From: an uncultured Candidatus Poseidoniales archaeon
GTDB taxonomy: Archaea > Thermoplasmatota > Poseidoniia > Poseidoniales > Thalassarchaeaceae
Length of the DNA stretch: 64,000 nt
NCBI GenBank assembly: GCA_964563355.1
Contig: CAZLVU010000003.1
Location: forward strand, 773-64,772
Direction of reading: 5' to 3'
Shown here: positions 37,609 to 45,900 of the stretch, one piece after another
How the letters are laid out: each line of letters opens with the position of its first letter
Position numbering within the stretch: the stretch's first letter is position 1
Program-made: the position numbers and the translations under genes
Notes under the pieces: generated by a model
What the model was told of the DNA's origin: nothing
Database searches by the model: none
What the model saw: only the letters and a program-made list of their open reading frames with translations

Positions 37609-38597
37609 ATCAGATGACGAGACGAACCAGATTCACTGAGCATGCGGAGGTAGAGCACCCCATAATTTGCGGAGCTATGTTCCCGTGCTCCAATCCTGAA
37701 CTCGTTGCCGCTGCTGCAAATGGAGGGGGTATGTCCATACTGCAACCTGTGTCCCTGACCATGGTTCACGGTTTCGACAAGCCAGACCTGAATCAGGGAC
37801 TTATCGAGGGCATACAACTCATCCGTTCGTTAACTGACAAGCCAATAGGTTTCAACGCATTAATTGAGGCAGGAAACGAACGCTACCTGACTCGGATGTC
37901 GAATTGGATCGACATAGCTTTGGACCAAGGCATCCGCTTCTTTGTCACCTCCTTAGGGAAACCTGATTGGGTTTGCGAGAGAGTTCATTCCAAGGGGGGC
38001 ATCGTATATCACGACGTCACCAATAGGTTCCATGCCAAGAAGGGCATAGATTGTGGGGTAGACGGGCTAATCTGCGTCAATGACAGAGCGGGTGGCCACT
38101 TGGGCTCAACAAGCATGGAGGGGATGTTCGAAGAACTACGAGATCTCGACATCCCCCTAATCTGCGCAGGAGGAGTTGGAAGCGAGCTTGAGCTGAGGCA
38201 CGCCTTGGACACAGGCTACGAAGGAGTTCAGATGGGAACACGGTTCATCGCTACCTCCGAATGCACCGCTCCTCAGGCATACAAGGATGCAATCATCAAA
38301 TCCAGCGAGGACGACATCGACTGGACGGTCAAACTGACCGGTGTACCAGTATCAGTAATCAAAACCCCTTCCTTCAGAAGGGAAAACAATTGGTTGGTAC
38401 GAAAGTTGCTCTCCAGCCGCTTCAAGCATCGAATAAGGTGGATCCTCAACACCATCTCCTTCAGGCGGTGGCGTATTATGTCGAAGAAGAGGAAGGCCGA
38501 CTCCAAGGATATCTGGTCCGCTGGAAAGAGCGTAGATACCATTCACAGCATTGAATCAGCTACGACTATCATGAAAAGGCTCGGCGAGTCTCTTTGA
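37605..38597 (+). CDS. nitronate monooxygenase / FabK-like FMN oxidoreductase (NPD family)
   Basis: HPIICGAMFPCSNPELVAAAANGGGMSIL, DGLICVNDRAGGHLG, PLICAGGVGS, GYEGVQMGTRFIATSEC. Confidence 0.75.
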   Translation: MNQMTRRTRFTEHAEVEHPIICGAMFPCSNPELVAAAANGGGMSILQPVSLTMVHGFDKPDLNQGLIEGIQLIRSLTDKPIGFNALIEAGNERYLTRMSNWIDIALDQGIRFFVTSLGKPDWVCERVHSKGGIVYHDVTNRFHAKKGIDCGVDGLICVNDRAGGHLGSTSMEGMFEELRDLDIPLICAGGVGSELELRHALDTGYEGVQMGTRFIATSECTAPQAYKDAIIKSSEDDIDWTVKLTGVPVSVIKTPSFRRENNWLVRKLLSSRFKHRIRWILNTISFRRWRIMSKKRKADSKDIWSAGKSVDTIHSIESATTIMKRLGESL

Positions 38598-38645
38598 CTC
38601 GAATGATTTCACAATCACTATGGCGGAACAACGCCCCCTGGTAAC

Positions 38646-39113
38646 ATGGATGCAGTCAGGACCGTCGTCATCCTTGCCCACCCCGTGGCAGCCGCCTTCC
38701 TGATTTGGATTTTCTACAGACAGAGGAGATGGAGGGAGGAATCGACTAGACTCAGAGGCGATGACAGGAAACTAGCCCTCAGCGAGCACGAGTCAATGGG
38801 GGAAGTGATTGCTATGGCCACCATAGGGGTTGTTTCCCTCGCCTTCGCCTCAAATATTGTGAGGGGTTTGATAGATTATGATGACCCATCTAGATACTTG
38901 CTGCCGGGGCACTTCCATGGCTGGGCTGGAATAATCGGCCTCACTCTCTTACTTGCTCTTCGGAGACTCGGGAGGCAGACGAAACAAGCCAGGGAGGAGG
39001 GCAGGGGGTTCGCTAGGCTCAAGGAGATTCACGGAAAGCTCAGCGACCTTGTTGCGCTGCTTGTAGCGATTCACGCCTTCCTAGGCTTCCTCTATCTGTT
39101 GACAATTCTTTGA
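38646..39113 (+). CDS. small 4-TM membrane protein with conserved His residues (function unknown)
   Basis: The TM segments are VVILAHPVAAAFLIWIFY, VIAMATIGVVSLAFASNI, WAGIIGLTLLLAL and LVALLVAIHAFLGFLYLL. The His residues in TM1, TM3 and TM4 could ligate a cofactor, but that is speculative. Confidence 0.5.
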   Translation: MDAVRTVVILAHPVAAAFLIWIFYRQRRWREESTRLRGDDRKLALSEHESMGEVIAMATIGVVSLAFASNIVRGLIDYDDPSRYLLPGHFHGWAGIIGLTLLLALRRLGRQTKQAREEGRGFARLKEIHGKLSDLVALLVAIHAFLGFLYLLTIL

Positions 39114-40090
39114 TTGCGTGCCACCCACATCTCTTCCCAAACAGCAAGATTCTCGTCTATGTCTGAGTGGGTTACTGGCCTGTCCACTCCTGAGCCATCT
39201 TGAATCGGTTGGATTCTGCACCCACATGCATTCGCATGACCCCCGCCGTCGGGGTCGAACCGGGTGGCTAGTAGTGTGAGGTCGTAAATTCCCCCATTCT
39301 GGTGTAGGAAGGAGTTTGTGTAGAATGAGGCAGACACCGGGTATTTGCCATCCTCACCGAATGAGGCTCCGACATCGCCGTGAATGATTACGCAGGCATC
39401 GCAATCTTCTCCCACAAGTGCTGTCACGTGGTAGCCATTAGATCGCATTCCTAGGTCCTCCAAACGCACGATGGCCAATCTATCTTTAACGCTCAATTTA
39501 TCAACTATCTCGCCGGTTAGAACCTCGCGCACCTCCCTCCTCTCCCTCACTCTGGCAACGATATTGGGTTTGGATAATATCGACTCGACCGATTCCCCGT
39601 TCTGTAATGATTCAAGCACAGTCATTGCGGTTCCCTCGCCAACGTCAATTACTCGACCTAGCCAAACCGCCGGATGGTCAGAAAGATACTCCTCTCGAGA
39701 GACCCCCCCTCCATCCAACTTGTCTACCCACTTCAGCAAATCCGTCAGATCTGACAAGTCAACTCGTTCATGCAACATTTCGAAAGCTATTCTGGCAGCT
39801 GACGGAGCGTCACGCCAGACTACAACGGGACCGGACAGCTCTGCATTGGAAGGCCGGTTAGACTTGTGGTGGTCAACGTTTAGTCCACACTGTGGGTGAC
39901 ACGGGAGATCACAGATGGCAGTCCATTGATCGATGCACCCGTCAAGCAGCCCGGCCCTCAGTTCTCCGGGATGCCCGAATACTACCTCAGCATCGGGCCA
40001 CCATCGTCTAAGAATCGCCGCAGAAACAACCCCATCAAAATCACTGTCGGTGACAATCCTGCGAATCTCAAGGCCCAGCGCATCGACCAT
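39092..40090 (-). CDS. DHH/DHHA1-family phosphoesterase
   Basis: DHH motifs I-III are TDSDFDGVVSAAIL, ICDLP and VDHHKSN. The DHHA1 motif is DGGGHANACGCRI. The 3' end overlaps the convergent membrane-protein gene by about 22 nt. Confidence 0.7.
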   Translation of the reverse strand: MVDALGLEIRRIVTDSDFDGVVSAAILRRWWPDAEVVFGHPGELRAGLLDGCIDQWTAICDLPCHPQCGLNVDHHKSNRPSNAELSGPVVVWRDAPSAARIAFEMLHERVDLSDLTDLLKWVDKLDGGGVSREEYLSDHPAVWLGRVIDVGEGTAMTVLESLQNGESVESILSKPNIVARVRERREVREVLTGEIVDKLSVKDRLAIVRLEDLGMRSNGYHVTALVGEDCDACVIIHGDVGASFGEDGKYPVSASFYTNSFLHQNGGIYDLTLLATRFDPDGGGHANACGCRIQPIQDGSGVDRPVTHSDIDENLAVWEEMWVARNQRIVNR

Positions 40091-40188
40091 CACACCAAGG
40101 GAGTCACAACCCCCCCATCAATGTTGATTTCGCACACCACCCGTCCATCCTCGGAAGGTTTCTATCCATTGACGCCGCACATGCTGTC

Positions 40189-40611
40189 ATGAACGCCACA
40201 GTTAACGGGATTCTTGAGACATCCTGCGGATTCATTTTGGTCAACTACGACAGTATTTTGCTCCTACAGTATCCTCAGGGTCATTGGAGTTTCCCAAAGG
40301 GACATGTCGAGGAGGGAGACCTTGATTACCATTCCACTGCACTTAGGGAACTCACTGAGGAGACTGGAATTACAAGCGTTAAAATTAATGATGAATGGAT
40401 CCAGAAGACGGAATACAGCTTCATGAAAAAAGGTAAAGAAACCTCCAAGCAGGTCTTTTGGTTCTTAGCCGAAACCGATCAGATAGAAGTCTCCCTGTCC
40501 CACGAACACTCAAATTACCTTTGGCTCGAATTCGATGAGGCCGAGAAACAGATTACCTTCGAACAGGAGAAAGATCTTCTCCGGTCAGCAAGAGATTTCC
40601 TAAGGTCTTAG
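40189..40611 (+). CDS. NUDIX hydrolase
   Basis: The Nudix box is GHWSFPKGHVEEGDLDYHSTALRELTEETGI (GX5EX7REUXEEXGU). Confidence 0.85.
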   Translation: MNATVNGILETSCGFILVNYDSILLLQYPQGHWSFPKGHVEEGDLDYHSTALRELTEETGITSVKINDEWIQKTEYSFMKKGKETSKQVFWFLAETDQIEVSLSHEHSNYLWLEFDEAEKQITFEQEKDLLRSARDFLRS

Positions 40612-40626
40612 GCCACGCAAGCGTGT

Positions 40627-41235
40627 CTAGGAATCGCGTTCGCCGAGTGGTTTCCACAGTGTCTCTGACTCTCCAGAGTTATGGGCTACCCATCTAGCCA
40701 GCACGAAAAGCCAATCTGAGAGGCGATTTAGATATGCTAACACCTCAGCTCGGACAGCTCCTGGCCCATCTTTGACAACCTGCGAGCACGCAGCTCTCTC
40801 AGCTCTCCTTGCAACCGTTCTTGCCACGTGCAGGGTGGCTACTGGCGGCGATCCTGTCGGGAGTATGAATGACTCTAGAGCCTCCAGATCATTCAACCAT
40901 CCGTCCATCTCGGTCAACAAACGCTCAGTCTGCTCATTTCCAACCAATGCAACGCTTTCTGGGAGGGATTGTGGTGGACAAGCGCACTCCCCACCGATAT
41001 CAAACAGCTCTTGCTGAACTTCCCCCAGAGAGAGGTCTACTACGCTTGACACATCTTTTTTGAGAGGCCCAAACCGAGCAATCTCCATCCTGACAACGCC
41101 AATCTGAGAGTTCAACTCGTCTATGGTTCCGAGTAACCCGACCCTGCCATCTTCCTTGCCAACCCTAGTGCCGTCAAGCAGCGATGTCTCCCCACCGTCC
41201 CCCGTTCCGGTATGTACCCTGTTTATCCGAACCAT
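40627..41235 (-). CDS. ATP:cob(I)alamin adenosyltransferase, PduO/MMAB type
   Basis: The N-terminal signature is RVHTGTGDGGETSLLDGTRVGKEDGRVGLLGTIDELNSQIG, and the helical-bundle remainder includes ARTVARRAER. Confidence 0.85.
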   Translation of the reverse strand: MVRINRVHTGTGDGGETSLLDGTRVGKEDGRVGLLGTIDELNSQIGVVRMEIARFGPLKKDVSSVVDLSLGEVQQELFDIGGECACPPQSLPESVALVGNEQTERLLTEMDGWLNDLEALESFILPTGSPPVATLHVARTVARRAERAACSQVVKDGPGAVRAEVLAYLNRLSDWLFVLARWVAHNSGESETLWKPLGERDS

Positions 41236-41275
41236 GGCTTTGCGAGGGGACTCACGCTTTCAATCGTACTCTGGC

Positions 41276-41974
41276 TCAAAGGCTTAGTTCGGACAAGGCC
41301 CCCTCAATCGCCTCTGACCACGACGCGTCGATCGAGTCCCAGCCACCAGCTCTCTCTAGCTCAATGAGCTGCCTATCCACCTCTTCCTTGTCCCCGAGCT
41401 TCCGATGTATCAGCACCAAAGCCGCGTGACTCATCGCATTGATCCACTCATCCTCCATATCCCAGGAACGCTCGAAGTGCGAAATCGCACCATTCGGTCC
41501 TTGAATGAGCCCTCTCTTAATCTGCCTAAGTCCAGACTTGGACCAGGTAATCCCAGGAACGCCAATTACCAGTCCCCTGAATGCTAGATATAACTCCAGA
41601 ACAACCAATAAACTGGATAGAAGGAAGGAGCCAACCTGTTCAATCTGCCCTGCATCATCCCATCGATCAACCAGCAAGGAGATTCCACCAACGCAGAACA
41701 ACAACCCCCCAAGGGGTGCTAGGATGACGTCTCGCTTCGTTATGCCCATGCTACGAACCCCCACAATCACGGCAATGCCTCCAACTGAGAGTGCAATAAT
41801 GGCTGGGAATGCCCCCGAAGTCGTTCTGGGGCTGGTGCTAGAAATCCAAAGCAATAGGGCAAGTATAAGGGCAGTTGCAGAGAAACGCCCTCCGATTTCT
41901 GGGAATGGTTGCAGTCTGCTGAGATAGTAGCTTACAAGCCCGACAGTGACAAAAACACCTATCCAGAACAGCAA
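41276..41974 (-). CDS. hypothetical polytopic membrane protein with a soluble helical C-terminal domain
   Basis: About 6 hydrophobic segments precede a C-terminal ~75 aa helical part (AISHFERSWDMEDEWINAMSHAALVLIHRKLGDKEEVDRQLIELERAG). The TTG start lies 4 nt after the upstream stop. Confidence 0.5.
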   Translation of the reverse strand: MLFWIGVFVTVGLVSYYLSRLQPFPEIGGRFSATALILALLLWISSTSPRTTSGAFPAIIALSVGGIAVIVGVRSMGITKRDVILAPLGGLLFCVGGISLLVDRWDDAGQIEQVGSFLLSSLLVVLELYLAFRGLVIGVPGITWSKSGLRQIKRGLIQGPNGAISHFERSWDMEDEWINAMSHAALVLIHRKLGDKEEVDRQLIELERAGGWDSIDASWSEAIEGALSELSL

Positions 41975-41978
41975 TTAA

Positions 41979-42302
41979 TCACTCCCTTTCAACTGAGCTA
42001 CCCCAACCCGGCTTCCAAAATTCGTCTTCATCCAACCAACTCATCCACTCCGCGTCGTCTGCCCTTAGGAGCCTCAAAGCTCGCCTTTCCAAGCCATCTA
42101 GGAGGGCATCTTCTACTTCGCCCTCAGCATGCGCATCGAGCCATTCCACTCTCATCTGCCGAATCCTCCTCTGCCCCTCAGCTCGATTGTCGAAGCAGAG
42201 CTCGCACACCTCTCGCAAATCCTGAATCCACAGCCTCGAGCCCCTGATGTGAGGATCGTTTTCGAATGAATCTGACTTTCGTCCGAATGGCCACCATCCC
42301 AT
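41979..42302 (-). CDS. hypothetical small acidic Trp-rich protein
   Basis: 107-aa ORF with ATG start: MGWWPFGRK...AEWMSWLDEDEFWKPGWG. It is tightly coupled to the downstream membrane-protein gene. No family recognised. Confidence 0.45.
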   Translation of the reverse strand: MGWWPFGRKSDSFENDPHIRGSRLWIQDLREVCELCFDNRAEGQRRIRQMRVEWLDAHAEGEVEDALLDGLERRALRLLRADDAEWMSWLDEDEFWKPGWGSSVERE

Positions 42303-42376
42303 AGTCTCAAACCGACGCCGACGCCGACGGTCTTGATGGTTTGTGAATGCCTAAGTGATATGCACAATGCGGCTAC

Positions 42377-42811
42377 ATGGGACGCGTAACCGTACACCTT
42401 CTCGGGAGGCCCAAGGATCGGGCAATTGCTGCAGTACTGAGTGATTACGAATCCAGACTCAAGGGACGAGGAATTCACCTTCAGATCCATGCCGAGAAAC
42501 TTGGTTGGGAAGGCTATGAACGCAAACTCTCCGCACTACAGGGAACGTTGATTTTGCTCGATGAACGCGGCGCATCCACCACAAGCGAGGGCCTAGCGTC
42601 TTGGCTCTCCGCATCGGAATTGGAACGCGCAGCCACTCACTTGGCCGTCGGACCAATTGACGGATTCAGTGAAAATGCAAAGACTAACGCCAATTCCATG
42701 ATCTCTTTGTCAGAACTGACACTTACGCATGAGATGGCCGCCGCACTCCTTTTGGAGCAACTTTACAGGGCTTCTGAGATTAACCGTGGCTCCCCGTACC
42801 ACCGTGGTTGA
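42377..42811 (+). CDS. rlmH: 23S rRNA (pseudouridine-N3)-methyltransferase RlmH-like SPOUT methyltransferase
   Basis: LILLDERGASTTSEGLASWL, HLAVGPIDGFSE, and the C-terminal signature SLSELTLTHEMAAALLLEQLYRASEINRGSPYHRG (compare the E. coli RlmH ending [34 protein letters not shown]). Confidence 0.8.
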   Translation: MGRVTVHLLGRPKDRAIAAVLSDYESRLKGRGIHLQIHAEKLGWEGYERKLSALQGTLILLDERGASTTSEGLASWLSASELERAATHLAVGPIDGFSENAKTNANSMISLSELTLTHEMAAALLLEQLYRASEINRGSPYHRG

Positions 42812-42941
42812 ACAATATCGTGACACCGATGTGATACTCCCAAGCGGCTGTGATACGAAACGGTAGAATCGCGGGAATCCATTGATAAGCATCCTGAACT
42901 GGCGAGGGAACCTCGCTCGAGTGCGAGCAGGATGTGATTCG

Positions 42942-45900
42942 ATGATTCAAAGCAGATTTGGAGATGTAAACCGGGGAATTCTACCAGCGATATCGATGAT
43001 CTTACTGATGATACTGAGCACCCAACTTCTCATCCTCATGGGGGATGACAGAGAAGCTAACGAAGAATCCGAATCCACCAATGTCCCTAAAAGAACGGCA
43101 TTCCAGCAGCTGCACCAATTTTCTGGTCCAGTTCAAGGCGAGAATCAGAATCAACCCGCTGCGTCTGCCGCTTTCCAAGAGGCTGCATTCCAGGATCCGT
43201 TCTTCCATGACCCGGCCTCTTACTATGGCAAGGTATCCGACCTTTCCGCACTCGGATTGGACCCAAGATACGGCTTCTTCCTAGAGGAAACAAACACCGA
43301 AGACCACGACAACGACGGGATCAACGATCTCGATGATTTAGACGACGACAACGACGGGATCAACGATCTAATCGAAAGATTCGATGGATGCTACGGTACC
43401 AGCCCCCTGGATCACGACAACGACGGAATCTTGGATGAGTTTGATTGGGATGATGACAACGATGGGATTTTGGAGGGACCTATTGATTACAACCAGGGCT
43501 CCGACCCTTGGAACGTTAGTTCAGATAGGCACGTCGATCCAAATGCGATCCACCCATGGACCGGCGATCCAGTTGGCACAAACTATCTGGTAGATCAAAA
43601 CCCCATGGACCACGACAACGATGGAGTCCCAGATGAGGACATCGACGGTTCTGGGAGGGGGTCTTATGACGAGGATGACGACAACGACGGCAGGATTGAC
43701 CAATTCTACTGGCCTTGCGACTTCGACTCCGATGGGTATCAGGATTACTTTGACGAGGATGACGACAACGACGGCATGCCTGATATCCAGGACTCACATC
43801 CATGGAGATTTGACGAGACCCCAATCGACATCGAGACCGTACCAGGGATGCTCTGGGACAGGGCTGTAATATTGAATGGGGACGATTACATGGACTTCGT
43901 CGAAGGACTGGACTACATTCACCTAGAGTCCCTACTGCATCCACGTGAACAGAGCTTCACTGTGATGGAGGATGGAGATCTGGACGGTGACGGCATCCCA
44001 AACTTCCTCGATCCTGATAACGACAACGACGGTTCGCCCGACTCGTCAGACACGGACGATGACAACGACGGCCTTTTGGACATGTACGACGTCGACGATG
44101 ACAACGACGGCATTCCCGACGAGTGCATCCAAAGAGACACAAATGGTGACAACTTGGGAGACTACCCATCTTCGGTAGTACACATCCCCGAAGCACCCGT
44201 CGTATGCGAGATTGACTACGATGGCGATCTCGATGATGACCGATTCCGGTCAATTGATCAGGACTACGATCTGGTTTGGGACTGGCTCGATCCCGACATG
44301 GGAGGCACAGCAATCCCAGATAACCCAACCAGTTGGGCCCTCGTCGGCTTCGATGAGCCGTGGGATATCGACAACGATGGAACCGTGAACGAACTCGACT
44401 CGTACCCACTGAATGACACAGCTGAGGTAGTCACCTGGGACTGCCCCAGCGTACTGAACCCCAATCCTCAGAATCCCAGTGACAACTGCGTACTTTGGCG
44501 GACATCTTACACTGGATTCAACGATTGGGACGGAGACGGAATTAACAACTGGGTCGATGTTGACGACGACAATGACGGTATACTGGATTGGATGGACATC
44601 GATCCTGACTGCGACTTGGATAACGATGCCGATCTGCATGAGCTAAATGGCTCAATGTACCGCGACGACGGTCCTAACGACATCGATACCGACGTTGACG
44701 GCGACGGACTCCAGAATGACGAGGACTGGGATGACGACAATGATGGCATCAACGACTACTACGATCCCGATGATGGAAACTGCGGTTTAGTAGACATCGA
44801 CAGCACTGACCAATTCTACGCAAATCAGGCCGGCGTCCCTTGGCCTCAGAATGATGGTGACGCCATAGACGGCAGCGATGACAGCAATGCATACTCTGCT
44901 GTCGACCACTACTACTGGAACATGACTTGGGGATTCAATCCCTTCATTTCGGACAATAACTTCATGCTAGACTACAACGGCTATGACCAGAACACCCTGC
45001 TTTCTGGCAAAATCCCAGAGTTCTACTGGTTCCTGATGATGAAGTGGAGCCCATACAACGGCATCAACTTCTTCGACATTGACTCAGATGGGGACTCTTT
45101 GGTCAATGGAATCGATGTAGACCAAGACGGAGACGGCATGCCTGATTGGTGGGACCAAGACGAGGGCAACGACGGCGTTCTAGACGTCAATGACGTCAAG
45201 ATGGGGGGGTCCCTCGATGGGAACTCCTGCGGGACGGTTCTGCTAGACGCAAATCAAGAGAGGTTTTGCGGATTGGACTACGCGTTCCTCTTCGGCTACC
45301 CCCTAATGGCTCCTACGCAGTCCCAGGGCCAAACTTTCACCCTCCCGTACAGCACCCGACCCGACTCCGAGCACGATGACGGTTCGTATGATGGCAGCAA
45401 TCACCCACAGGACCTCTACCAATGCGAGACTCATTGCTTCTGGTTCACATTCGATCCAGGTAGCAACCCTGCTCCATCGGTGGCAGTGAACTACAATGCC
45501 ATAAAGAACAACCGAGATCTCTGGATAGCCTACGTTGGCCTTAGCAGAGGCCTCTTCCAATGGACTTCTGATCCAAACGCAAACCTCTTTCCAGATGAGG
45601 TTGCTGACCAGATTAACGATGACGAGGATCCGGATATAGACTGCGGCCAACCCATGCCATCGGTATCTTGGACTCCAAATTGCATGTTCAACAACACCAA
45701 CGATCTAGACGATGATTGGGACATCGTTTACGATCACTACGATGTAGACGATGACAACGACGGTACATGGGATTACTTCGAGGTGGATTCGAATGACGAC
45801 CTCGATGATGATGCAGGAACCGATGACTGGGGCTATTTCCTAGGTACGAATTGCGAGGACTTAGATGATGACGGCCTCGACACAGACCCCGATGGAGATG

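Noticed and set aside
42303-42376. A tandem hexamer (CCGACG)x3 in the divergent spacer before rlmH.
   Set aside because: With only three copies and no partner elsewhere in the window, it cannot be distinguished from chance or a simple slippage product.
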